Shown one piece after another: positions 42,316 through 54,249 of a stretch of DNA of 64,000 bases. The stretch is from Lingula anatina. Taxonomy: Eukaryota; Animalia; Brachiopoda. Both the position numbers and the translations under genes were made by a program. The stretch covers positions 8,924,587-8,988,586 of the forward strand of contig CM120648.1 of the NCBI GenBank assembly GCA_051362555.1, written 5' to 3'. Below the pieces are notes generated by a model that ran no database searches, was not told the DNA's origin, and was given only the letters and a program-made list of their open reading frames with translations. Positions within the stretch are counted from its first letter, which is position 1, and each line of letters begins with the position of its first letter.

Positions 42316-42745
42316 TTGGATCCATGTACGCACTTTCAAAGCCGGCATGGTGACTCACACAGCTTTTGGCTTCGACAATGCATTGACTTAACGCGAGCCA
42401 ATCAGAGGCCGTTAAATATTAATCCAGGTGGGCATGCGAATTATACTTCTTGAAAGTTCTATCACAACATTGACCATCGGAAATTTAGGACAATATCTTT
42501 CTGTGGAATTTGTGTACGTGGACTGTCATTTATAAACAACGAGCGGTGAATAACGAAGTAGGAGATCCGGCGAAACTTTAACAATTCTACAGGTGAGGCG
42601 AATACTTTTTCACCCATAAACGAATATATAAATAATCAATATGGATGTAATATTTTTTTTTTCTAAAATGGCCGGTGAGGCGTGGTTGGTGATGAGCAAG
42701 GCTTTTTCCAGTGTGGTACACAGTTCTATGGCCTCTTAGACCACC

Positions 42746-42863
42746 TACCCTCTACCTGGGCGACAAATTGATTTTTTTTTCACAAGATATTTACAGATAT
42801 GTCTTTTTGATATGGCTTTTTGAAATTTTACCTATAATATATCTGCCACCCTGGTAGAGGGTA
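42746..42863. mobile_element. MITE family C (TIR TACCCTCTAC, 9-bp TSD; Mutator-like)
   Basis: TACCCTCTACCTGGGCGACA...GCCACCCTGGTAGAGGGTA with degenerate TSD TAGACCACC/CAGACTAGC. Confidence 0.7.
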
Positions 42864-43096
42864 CAGACTAGCCAGGCAGCAGAGTTCTGATCTGCCGCTA
42901 CGGGGACTTAAAACAAACCGGGTGTCTGAGTATTTTAAGGGAGATGCGTCTCTGGGTGATCTGGTCCCGATTTTTTAAAATATGTAGCCTGAGTTTGGAA
43001 TCGAAACTTTGTGCATGTTAGCAATTACACAAGTTAAAATTCACCACTAATGCTTGCACACATAAGAGGTCTTTATATGTGTTTTATATGATTCTC

Positions 43097-43235
43097 ACTT
43101 AAGTCACCCTGAGCTTCAGAGATAACTTGACACCTCTTCACAATAGCTTATCTTCATCGTGTCTCGATGAAGATCGATAGGCCATAGTGAAGAGGTTAGT
43201 GTCAAGTTATCTCTGAAGCCTAGGGTGACTTAAGT
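43097..43235. mobile_element. ~130-bp hairpin MITE flanked by TTAA
   Basis: ACTTAAGTCACCCT.AGCTTCAGAGATAACTTGACAC...GTGTCAAGTTATCTCTGAAGCCTAGGGTGACTTAAGT. Confidence 0.75.
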
Positions 43236-43713
43236 CCGTGTAAACACGATTTTTTTCACGCATATCCCATATAAGACACCCGCATTATTATATTTCCCAT
43301 TAGTAACCAAGCATACCAACAGTATTTCAGCGTAAGATAATGTCCCCCACTCTGCATTTGATATGAATACAAAAAGAACGTATAGAAAGTATCATGATCT
43401 GTATGATAGATACGATACATGATACGACTAAATATTACGTGTGTATTGTCAAGCCGCAAGTACGTCACTGCCCTTGCGATATTTTACTCATACAACTTTA
43501 CGGCTTACTCTTTTCCTGGGGCCAGCTGAGTGGTGAAAAATTAATTCCAAGCAAAATAAGTGCTGGAGAAAAGAAAAATTGGCAAGAAAAATCCAGGTGC
43601 GTATCTTTGAATTTTAGGTTAAAAATCTATCTGTGAGTCCCGGTAGAGAGGCGGCCACGATAAATTACTCTAGTTAAGATACACTGTTCAATTGACCGTT
43701 AACTAGTGTCTAA

Positions 43714-43938
43714 GACCCCATTTCCATAGATTTTAGATCGATCTATCCCTGTGGGGAGTCTCACTAGATTACTGTTAGCTTAGCCGGCTTAAGCGTCTGT
43801 CCCGCCTACTGAAAGCTGTAAGAGGGTAATTAACTATGGTGCGCGCTCGGCTGACTGCTATTTAGCTTGAACCCCTAGGGAGTTAGGTCGATCTAAATCT
43901 TAATCCCTGGATCGATCTAAATCTCTGGGAATACACCC
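43714..43938 (+). mobile_element. MITE family A, subtype 1
   Basis: TAA-GACCCCATTTCCATAG...CTCTGGGAATACACCC-TAA. Confidence 0.85.
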
Positions 43939-45309
43939 TAAGTATAACCAATGGTCCATTTAAGAAACGTGCAAAACAAGATACATTACCTCAATGTGTG
44001 TGTGGTTGACAGGACCCCGCCCGATTTTTTATTGAGGGGCCTCTCACAGAGATACCTCAGGGGAGACCGTTTAGATGACCAATCCTGCCCCCCCCCGCCC
44101 CCCCCCCCTCCCCGACGTTCCGTGTCATACTATGGGCTATTAGAAAAAGGATTTATAATAACATTTTGGGTTAAGCCTTATCTTGCCCAGCACGGGCGAT
44201 CACTGGTCAAATATAATATCCCCTCGATCTCAAGTAAGCTGTTGGGTTATCAGTTCTTTTATTTTCTTTAATATATTTCTATTACATAAACCAAGGAGTT
44301 ATAACTAAGCAGACATCCCATTCACCTTACATTGCAGTAACGCAGTAAAGGTGCATCTTATCATTGCCCTTTGCCTATATTCCTTGCCTTCTTCTCCGAA
44401 GTTTTTTCTTTGTTCCAAGGGGCTTGTGCCAAAATATTATCAGTTAGTCTAAGTGTTCTCGGCTTCAACATTTCTTCTACCTCGCCCGGCCCAAAAGGTT
44501 ACAACTTCTTGCCCGGCCCCACATGCGGCTCGACAATACACTCGTTATATTTCAGGTACAGCTCGGCGACTCGTATTGTATCTATCACTGACTTCCCTTA
44601 ACCAAGGTGTCAAATATTATAGGCACAGTTTTCACATCCCAAAAAAAGCAAATGACCATCAAAAGGGTAATAATCGACAGCCATGAGTGAATAAAGAGTG
44701 GTTTCGTATCTCCTAGCTTTTAACAATACTAAATGAAACTGAATCGACATTTTCTCATTTTTTTCGCAAAGCAAAGGACTGTAATGTAAACAGGAAAGAA
44801 ATCAATAAATGACGTGAAAGTATTTTACGGTGTTGTATTTACTATCAACAAAAGATAAAGGCAACAGCTTTGGCTTTGATAAGACGTGCGCCGTGGACAA
44901 CCCCATTCCGCAGCTTTATTTGTTTTCTAGTTTTTCAACCTGGTTTAGCTATGAAGATACCAGCACTCCCTTCTATTACATTATGGAAAGTTGCTGAAGC
45001 GGACACCTTATGGAAAGTTCCGTAACCTTAGATTTCTAGCCTGTATTTAATAAATAACGTTCTCTCGAGGCTACATAAATGAATTCTTTAAGTTTAACAG
45101 GAAAGTCTCGCCAGTGGAAAAACTCTTTTTATGAAGGTTGATAACAGTAATATGACATCAGATAACTTTTGAAGGCGCTCTCAAAGAAAAAAGAAGGCAA
45201 CATTTAGACTTTTGGCACCTGTAACAAAACATAAAAAGAATAACATAAGAAGGATCGTCCCTCGTGGAAGTATATATAATTAGATGACCCAACTACTAGT
45301 CAGTGTGAG

Positions 45310-45329
45310 CAAGGAGTTATAACTCCTTG
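45310..45329. mobile_element. 20-bp perfect palindrome with 7-bp TSD (P-element-like scar or mini-element)
   Basis: GTGTGAG-CAAGGAGTTATAACTCCTTG-ATGTAAG. Empty site CAGTGTGAGCTAGC at ~53455-53468. Confidence 0.6.
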
Positions 45330-45917
45330 ATGTAAGCTAGCTGTGCTGTCAGTAGGACGCTTAATTCATTTCTCTGGCTCTTCACATTTGTTTGTGGACA
45401 CTTTTTGCTTCTTAGGACAATTTCTTCTTTTATTTGAATTTTCGTAGGTGGACTGTGATTTGTAAGCAACCAGCAGTGAAAAACAAAGGAGGAATCCGTG
45501 GAAAAACGTTAACAGTTCTACAGGTGAGGCGACTACTTTTTCATTGATTGGTATAAACGAATATATGAACAATATGGATGTAATAATTTTTTTCTGAGGC
45601 ATGGTTGGTGATGAGCAAGGCTCTTTCCAGTGTGGTACACAGTTCTATGGCCTCTCAGACCACCTGCCCTCTACGTAATGAAAACGGGAGGAGTTTCTTT
45701 GGAGGTTCTTTAGCTTTTTTGGGCAGAGATAAAAATTAAAAGAAGAGGGGGCAGGAACTAATTGGAAAGTAGTTAATAATTAACATGACAGAATATAAGG
45801 GCGTTGCATTTACTACCACGCGTGACGGCGTTATGTACAACATAAGTTAAAGACAACAACTTCGTCACAATATTATTGTTATTAATCGTTACATGTATTG
45901 TAAGGTTGGTGATTTAT

Positions 45918-46050
45918 TACCCTCTACTAGGGCCACAGTTATTATTCTGTGGATATTTTGCTGACAGTACAGAGATTAACCATACATTTAACTAGAGACA
46001 TATCTGTGAATATCTAGTGAAAATTCAATCTGTGGTCCTTGTAGAGGGTA
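45918..46050. mobile_element. MITE family C
   Basis: TSD GTGATTTAT/ATGATTTAC. Empty sites at ~46972 and ~61719 carry a single GTGATTTAT. Confidence 0.82.
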
Positions 46051-47113
46051 ATGATTTACAGCTATAAGTGAGTAAGATCGGGGAGTATTTTGTAGATAAT
46101 TGATTACATATCCTCGTAGTTCATTAGCACGCTTGAGTTTTATTTCGCGACATGGGTCGTGTCAATCTCGCATCTATGGAGTTCAGTAAGTGGCGAAAGA
46201 GACACAGCCATGTCATTTACGGCTCTCAAAGCTCTGTAGTAAAAGACAAACTCGGCATATAGGCATTGTCGTTTTCGCATGTAAAGGGGCGTCTAAAACA
46301 CGCATGCGTAGGCTTCCATCATTATTCATTGCTATAGTAACAATCAGTTCTGGAGCTTCTCGCTCCATTCAGATATTAAGGACTCATTTATAGTTTAACG
46401 GAAAAGCTGTGCTCTCAGTAGGGCCCTTGATTCATTTATCTGGCTTTTTTACACTTGTTTGTGGACACTTTGGTGTTAGTTATTTGATTCTTAGGACAAT
46501 TTCGTTTATTTTGAATTTTCGTACGTGGACTGTATTTGTAAACAACGAACGGTGAATAACAGAAGAGGGATCCGGGGAAAACTGAAGCAATTCTACAGGT
46601 GAGGCGAATCATTTTTCACTGAATGGTATAAACGAATACATGAACAATATGGATGTAATATTTTTCTAAATTAGCCGGTGAGGCGTGGTTGGTGATGAGC
46701 AAGGCTCTCTCCAGTGTGGTACACAGTTCTATGACCGCTCGGACCACCTGCCCTCTACGTAATGAAAACGGGGAGGAGGTCACTTAAAATTCTTTGAGGT
46801 AAAGAAAATAATAAAAGAAGAGGGGGCGGAAACTAATTGGAAAGTAGTTAATAATTAATATGATTGAATATAAGGTCGATGCATTAACTAGCAAGCGTTA
46901 AAACATAAGTTAAAGACAACTTTATTACAACAATATTATTATTATTATTATTCATGTGTATTGTAATGTTGGTGATTTATAGCTATAAGTGAGTAAGAGC
47001 GGATAGTATTTTGTAGATAAACTGAATTTATTGACATATCCTTATAGTACTTAAGCAAAGGAATGTAATGTTAACTGGTAGAAGGCCGCTACAGATTGCA
47101 TGGGATAGATATA

Positions 47114-47329
47114 GACCCCTTTTCCAGAGATTAGATCGATCTACTTTAGATCGACCTAACTCCCTGGGGGTTCACGCTAAATAGCTGTCAGCCTGGCGGA
47201 CACGAAAGTTAATTACCCCCTTTACAGCTTGTAGTAGGCGGGACAGACATTTAAGCCGGATTATCTGACAGTAATCTAGTGAGACTCCCCGCGGGGATAG
47301 ATCGACCTAAAAGCTCTGGGAATACAGCG
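47114..47329 (-). mobile_element. MITE family A, subtype 2
   Basis: ATA TSD. Empty paralogous site at ~61840-61860 (GAGATAGAT-TTA-GAAATGG). Confidence 0.88.
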
Positions 47330-48003
47330 ATAGAAATGGAAAGAAGGGGCGCGGAATCTAACTAAAAAGAAGTGAATTAATAACGTGAATGAATATAACG
47401 GTGTTGTATTTACTACCTCGCATAACAACAGAAGTTAAAGGCAACAGCTCCATTCCCGTGCCACTCGGGATGCAGGTTTATTAGCTGGTACATTTTTCAA
47501 ACCTATGAAAATACCTATTGAAAAGACCAGCCCATACATGCTTGCGAAGTATTATTTAATAGCCATTCTGTAAGTGGCACACCTGGTGTAATTTCAGAGA
47601 GGTGTCAGTAAAAGACAGTGACCAAATACCCCCCCCCCCCTCATACACACACCCTATCACGTTATGCAAAAAGTGATATCTTGACACTCCACGTGCTAAT
47701 CAAAAAGTAAATGGTTATAATTTAAGATGGCAGATACTCACTCGAAGAACATACAGTAGACTTTGATTTCCATTTGCAAGAAAATATAGAGATATTTATT
47801 AAATATTGCAACACATATCATGCCATACTGGACTATATAGGTTTTATTTTTGCAAGACTCGCGACAAGAGCTAGGGTTCGATACAGCTATATATTTTGTC
47901 CATGTGACATGCTTGAGTTTTATTTTTTGTCCGGTGTGCCGTAATTCCCTTGGATAGATTTATAAATGTGTAAGGGGACGACAAGAGTGACGTGTCAGCC
48001 TTA

Positions 48004-48212
48004 GGGCGCATTCCCATAGATTTTAGATCAATCTATCCCCGTGGGGAGTCTCACTAGATTACTGTCAGACAATCCGGCTTAAATGCCCGTCCCGCCTACT
48101 ACAAGCCGTAAGGGGGTAATTGACTTTCGTGCCCGCTGACAGCTATTTAGCGTGAACCCCCAGGGAGTTAGGTCGATCTAGTTGGATCGATCTAATCTCT
48201 GGGAATGGAATC
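48004..48212 (+). mobile_element. MITE family A, subtype 2
   Basis: TTA-GGGCGCATTCCCATAG...CTCTGGGAATGGAATC-TTG. Absent from the paralogous segment at ~57760-57790. Confidence 0.8.
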
Positions 48213-48430
48213 TTGAAGTGGTATTAGAGGATGGAAAATATGTGATCAGTGCTGTGTTCAGTTTCGTGTGTGGTGTTGCCAGTTCGTTTGGTGTTTTGAC
48301 TTTCGTGTGGAGTTGTGACCTTTACTCGCTTCCGTAGCCTTGCGTTTGGGAGTGTGCGTCTGCTTGAGCAGAATACAAAGACAGATTATACACTCAAATT
48401 AAATGCACAGCAAGAACGTGTCGTTCTCAC

Positions 48431-48459
48431 CAGGGAATTATATCCAATATAATTCCCTG
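48431..48459. mobile_element. 29-bp palindrome with exact 7-bp TSD (P-element-like scar or mini-element)
   Basis: TTCTCAC-CAGGGAATTATAT-CCA-ATATAATTCCCTG-TTCTCAC. The empty site at ~52426-52432 has a single TTCTCAC. Confidence 0.75.
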
Positions 48460-49026
48460 TTCTCACCAAGGTGTCTAGCCTTTGTATATATAAATATGCT
48501 TACCTGCTAAGCAGATCACGCGGGAAAAAAAGCGTTCCGTAGTGTGTACAGATAGACATGCGTCGCTTAGATACAGTGTAATAAGTTAAATGGACCGAGC
48601 TACTACAATAGCACATTGCCAAAAGTAGAGAAATGTGATTGCTTTTGTCTCTGTACGTGACATTAGCGTTTCACTTCATAGATCCAGGAAATTATCAGTT
48701 TTGGTTTAATCATAATTAAATAATTAATAACCAAAGAACCGGGCAAATCATGAGTATAAGTCGGAGGTCGAGAATCAATGTTTTTAATAATTAAATAAAT
48801 GTTGATCCAAGCTTCTACCCATGACGTGAGAAATTAATCACCTGTCACCCTTATTTTGTTACAAAAAGAAGCGTTTTCCCGCATTTGCAGTCGGGAAAGG
48901 AAACGTGTAATAAAGCCTTCGAACAAGGAGATAGATAGAAGTAACCATATTTTCTATCCTATTTTAGTTTTTAACTCTAAACTAAAATATGAGAGAAAAT
49001 ATGGTTGTTCAATCAAAGGGCCTTAA

Positions 49027-51156
49027 GGTCGGTGATAGGGTTAAATACGCTTAAAATCGTGTTTTTGAGTTTTTTGTGTGTTTATATTAATCAAAAAAGT
49101 ATCTAATGTTGGATGTAATAATTTTTATGAATTTGCATCGCAAAATGCGTCTTTTGATGAGTTTTTCAACCGGCACGCGCCCCAGTCAGGCTGACAACTA
49201 AGCCACGCCTCTGTTACTAAGGGCCGTTGCCATGAGGGGGTCGGAGCACAGTTAATGAGTTATAAGCCGATTACGTGTGCGGTAATAGGTCATAAGTCTT
49301 ACATCAGCTTAGCAGCGAAGAAGTCTAGCTAGTACACTATGGGGAAGAGAAAAGTTTGTGTTAAAAGTCCCTTTCCAGAGGAAAGAAGGAAAATTTTAAG
49401 AGTAAGGCCTATGCGTGGCGGTTGGGGAAAACCGGCCCTATTTGTTCAGTCGGATGACTGATTTCTGTATACCTAATAAATGGGTGAAAGAGTTAATCGA
49501 AACGTCTAAATTAATTGACAAATGAAAGAAAAATCGATAAAAACATAAATAAAAAAAGCTAAAAAAGGATACTTTTAGCCTAGCCTTTAATTTTTGCGAT
49601 ATATATCGTCGAGCGTATCTGCGACACGTTACGAAACCGGAAATGATTGTTGGTCGCCGTTTGCAAAAGGTAAATCTAATGTTGACAAAATAAAATTTTA
49701 TTCTCCAAGATATGATATTATGGAGCTTGAGAGACACGCGAAAAATTGTGATTTGAATGGCCAAACAAGAGAAATCCAAGCAAAGGTTGACAGCATGATT
49801 AAAACAATAAAAATAAAAACGCATGTTAGCGGCTTTGCATTTTGCGATATTTGGAGAAAAACAATTTCAAAATCACTGATCAAGCGGGAAGAAAGAGTTC
49901 AAGTGTCCAAAAATGAAAATCACAAAAAGACCCCGAGAATAGTCAAGGGTAGCAGGTAAAAAGCAAATAGGGTCTAAGTGTCATGTGTGTAAAAATAAAA
50001 TATTTATTCAAAAGCCTTCTCTCAGCCACTTTTACCGCTGAATCTTGTGCAGCTGAGCGTCTCCCCTTTATCTTAGCTGGCATTTTGAGCGAGACCGCTC
50101 TGAAGTAATCACTGGATTTTTCCGTTGATCTGACGACTACCAAGTGCCGTGCAAAATAATCATGCAGCGTTACCCGTCAAAAAACTCGTATCAACACAAG
50201 TGACGGACACTTGCTCTCGACACAGTTTTATCTGATCACTTTGCCGATAACAAAGAAGGAATCTCTCAGGTAAAATTACTCGATTGCCGAGGAAGAGCCA
50301 TTGAAACGTTCAAATGCAACTTCACACCTCTAAATTGCGGTTAAACGTAATCGCCTTTGTTAGCGCTTCCTTCTACATATCCTTGACACCCTACTGGGCA
50401 TCACAAGGCTAGGGCCCTCTCCAGAGCTGTCAATCAAAATGGCGGCACGCTTACACGCCTAACGAGTGGTCGGAAAATGTAACAAAAGCACGATTTTCTG
50501 CCCCTTCAAAGCACCCAAACAAAATATTTTTAGATGACAATAAGCAATGGTTCCAGCTGATCGTATAACCGATAACAGGTAAATTTGCCAGCTAAGCATT
50601 TTACTAATAAGCCCTGTTAACCAACCTGTGAACGTTTTTGGCTGTTTTAACAGCTTTCTATATTGACGAGATAAGTGAATCGCTGCCAAGTATATCTCAC
50701 TATCTGAGCAACCGATCGTTACAAAAGTTGCACCTATTGTTGTTAGGAATGTGGACTACAGCATGATATCAGGGGTTTAAGAGAAAATTGTTTGTTTGAA
50801 AGATATCGCCTTTTGAAGTGAATAAGCCATTGAAATATGGGGTAATTTAACGTAAAAGATGATAAAATCAAAAGTAAATAGTTTAAGACAATTCCCTGGT
50901 ACCGCGCTGAAGTGCTTTCACCCAGCTTTATGAGGCCTTTTGAATCACTTGAATAGCTGTCTTGGTTATAGAGAAAATCCCAATACCGAAAACGGCATTT
51001 TTCCCCTCAAATTGGCGCCAGAGCGTCATCCGTTGGACACTGTACTTAATCCCCGTCTTTAATTGGCCTTTTGGGAAGTTTATTTTAATTTTTTATAAAA
51101 ACTTATAAGCCCAGGGCTTTGTTTCTATGACTTTGGTCCTTTTACTATCACCGCCC
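49027..51156. mobile_element. ~2.1-kb non-autonomous Kolobok-like DNA transposon
   Basis: TTAA-GGTCGGTGATAG...CTATCACCGCCC-TTAA: TTAA TSD, purine-purine termini and an 11/12 TIR match. CpG-rich interior with only broken ORF fragments. Confidence 0.72.
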
Positions 51157-51273
51157 TTAAACTTGACAATTGATTGTTCTTTAATGGCCACTGAAGTGGG
51201 TCAAGTAGAGTGGTTATCTAATGCAGACATGATACGGTATACATGATACTCAGGTTTGTTTAAAGCGCTCTTT

Positions 51274-51368
51274 GTTTGGTGTTGTGAGTTTTGTTTTTGG
51301 TGTTGGTGTTGTGAAGTTTGTTTTTGGTGTTGGTGTTGTGAGTTTTGTTTTTGGTGTTGGTGTTGTGA
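51274..51368. repeat. 27-bp minisatellite (TTTGGTGTTGGTGTTGTGAGTTTTGTT), ~3.5 copies
   Basis: Direct reading; an expanded version of the GTGTTGYGA-rich tracts at ~48270 and ~57830. Confidence 0.85.
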
Positions 51369-51764
51369 CCCTTACACGCTTCCATACCTGGTGAAAACAA
51401 ATATACTTTGAATATTATTGGCCCTCGTCACAAGAAAAGTTGCCTCGATTACTTGTCATCTTGGCTGCCTTACAACATTATTTAGTTAATTCGAACACTG
51501 ATTTTGCACACCGATCTGATCATTCACCATTCACGACCTACATGTACTTTGAAAGCCGGGGTAAAACATTTTAAAACCTAGTACAGTACTTGAAAATCTC
51601 TCGGTTGAAATATTTCTCGTGTGACAAATTTGGTTTACGAATCACTTTACGCACCGCCGCGGCTATTCCAAATCTTTTATTTTTTCTGTTTTTGAGGGGC
51701 GTGACCTTTCTACCACACGTGCACAATACGAGTCGATGTCAAATACAGCACGGCCGAGTCTTTA

Positions 51765-51969
51765 TACCCTCTACCAGGGCGAGTGAACTCAATTGAGTTG
51801 AGTTCACAGATATGTCTCTAGCTAGATAGATGGTCATTCAGAGCTCAACTCAGTTGAGTTGAGAGCTCAACTCAGTTGAGTTGAGCTTTAAATCGATCAC
51901 CATCTATCTAGCTAGAGACATATCTGTGAATATCAATAAAAAATCTATCACTCGCCCTGGTAGAGGGTA
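51765..51969. mobile_element. MITE family C, long palindromic form
   Basis: 22-bp TIR TACCCTCTACCAGGGCGAGTGA with exact 9-bp TSD GAGTCTTTA (51756-51764 / 51970-51978). Empty site at 60911-60919. Confidence 0.9.
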
Positions 51970-52083
51970 GAGTCTTTACGCGCTAGCCATGGTAACGTTT
52001 AATATCATGTAACAACCAGTTGGGGTTGAAAAGATCCGCTGCCTCATTTACGTGTGTCACTCAACTGAGGTACTCCTGGTTAA

Positions 52084-52319
52084 GGGACCGTTCACGTGGA
52101 AAGTCTATTTTCTAAAAATCCATTTTCTATTCGCGGTATCCAGTGATCACGGTCTGTGCCCTGAATACCCCGCGGCGTAATTACTTGCAGCGCGAGCCAG
52201 TTACTCCCTGCGCTGCCAGTAATTACTCCGCGGGATATTCAGGGCACAGATCGTGATCACAAGATACCGCGAATAGAAAATAGATTTTTAGAAAATAGAC
52301 TTTCCATGTGAACGGTCCC
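52084..52319. mobile_element. Palindromic PIF/Harbinger-type MITE, family B
   Basis: GGGACCGTTCAC...GTGAACGGTCCC with TAA TSD. The paralogous empty site at ~61001-61025 (GGTACACCTGGT-TTA-GTTTAACGGG) shows a 3-bp duplication. Confidence 0.88.
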
Positions 52320-52762
52320 TAAGTTTAACGGGAAAGTCTCGAGAGTCCAGTGGTAAGCTAGCTGTGCTGTCAGAGCAGAGTACAAAGACAGATTATGCAC
52401 TCAAATGCACAGCAAGAACGTATCGTTCTCACCAAAGTGTCTCGCCTTTGTATATGCGTATCTGCTAAGCAGATCACGCGAAAAAAAAAAACGTTTCGAA
52501 GTGTCTACAGATAGGCACGCATCGCTTTGATTACAAGTTAAATGGACCGAGCTACTACAATTGCACATTGTCAATAATAGAAAAATGTATCTGACATTAG
52601 TGTTAAACAAACACTTCATAGATCCAGGAAATGACTCGTTTTTGGTTCAGTCATAATCAAATATTAATAATCAAAGATCCGGGCAAATCACAAGTCTAAG
52701 TCGAAGGTCGAGAATAATTGAGTAAATGTTGATCCAAACTTCTAACCATGGCGTAAGAACCA

Positions 52763-52900
52763 TACCCTCTACCAGGGTCGCAGTTATTATTCTGTGGACA
52801 TTTTTGCTGAGGCGAGTACAGAGATAAGCCATCTATTTAACCAGAGACATATCTCTTAATATCTAGTGAAAAAATCGATCTGTGGCCCAGGTAGAGGGTA
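52763..52900. mobile_element. MITE family C
   Basis: TSD TAAGAACCA/TGAGAACCA. Interior similar to the 45918 copy. Confidence 0.82.
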
Positions 52901-54071
52901 TGAGAACCACCTGTCACCTCGTTCCGCTTAACGCGTCTTCTGCTCAGGCCCCCAGCGTTCAGCTCCAACTCTTCTTTGCTGTTACCGATTGGTCGATATG
53001 AAGAGGCAATTTTTTAGTAAGTAAATAGTCTTACTCATTGTGATTGTTTGGTAGCATATTCACTTTTAACTCTTTATTTGATCCTTGAAGCACCCCATTC
53101 CCAAGCCATTCGCGCCGCAGGTTAATTACTCTGTACATTTTCACGCCTGTTGTTGAAGCGAACAGTTTGGTGGTGCGTTTTCCTTATTCTTCGAGTCTGT
53201 ATTTAATGACCAACGTCCTCTCGAGGCTAATTAATGAATTCCTGCTTCAGTTTAACTGGAAAGTCTCGAGCGTGGAAAAGTTCTTTTTTTTTTTTTTTAT
53301 GAAGGTTCATAACAGTAATATGACATCAGATAACTTTTGACGGCGCTATCAAAGGAGATAGAACCACCACACCTTTGCACACGTATCAATAGCGAATACA
53401 TATGAAGAATCGACCCTCGTGGAAGTATTAAAGTTAGATGACGCAACTCCTAGTCAGTGTGAGCTAGCTGTGCTGTCAGTAGGACGCTTTATTCATTGTT
53501 CTGACTCTTCACACTTGTTTGTGGTCACATTTTGGTGTAGGTTATTTGCTTCTCAGGACAATTTCATTTATTTTGAATTTGCGTACATGGACTGTGATTT
53601 GTAAACAACGAGAGGTGAAAAACAAGAGGGATCTGGGGAAAACTGAAAGCAATTCTACAGGTGAGACGAATACTTTTTCACTGATTGGTTTAAACGAGTA
53701 TATGAACAATAGGGATGTTATTTTTTTCTAAACTGGCCGGTGAGACGTGGTTGGTGTTGAGCAAGGCTCTTTCCAGTGTGGTACACAGTTCTATGGCCTC
53801 TCAGACCAGCTACCATCTACGAAATGAAAACGGGAGGAGTTTCTTTGGAGGTTCTTTAGCTTTTTTGGGCTGAGATAAAAATTAAAAGAAGAGGGGGCGG
53901 GAACTAATTGGAAAGTAGTTAATAATTAACATGACAGAATCCCTATAAGGGCGTTGCATTTACTACCACGCGTGACGGCGTTATGTACAACATAAGTTAA
54001 AGACAACAACTTCGTCACAATATTATTGTTATTATTCGTTCGTTACATGTATTGTAAGGTTGGTGATTTAT

Positions 54072-54204
54072 TACCCTCTACTAGGGCCACAGTTATTATT
54101 CTGTGGATATTTTGCTGACAGTACAGAGATTAACCATACATTTAACTAGAGACATATCTGTGAATATCTAGTGAAAATTCAATCTGTGGTCCTTGTAGAG
54201 GGTA
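54072..54204. mobile_element. MITE family C (duplicate of the 45918 insertion)
   Basis: Same sequence and same flanks as 45918-46050. Confidence 0.82.
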
Positions 54205-54249
54205 ATGATTTACAACTAGCTACAAGTGAGTAAAAGCGGGAAGTACTTA

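Noticed and set aside
42682-42745. C/D-box snoRNA-like motif GTGG..GTGATGA...(C/T)AGA-CCAC downstream of the cassette donor, in five copies
   Set aside because: No copy has a canonical CTGA D box, two copies have GTGTTGA in place of box C, the span is only ~52 nt and I recognised no rRNA complementarity. An Infernal or snoscan search would settle it.
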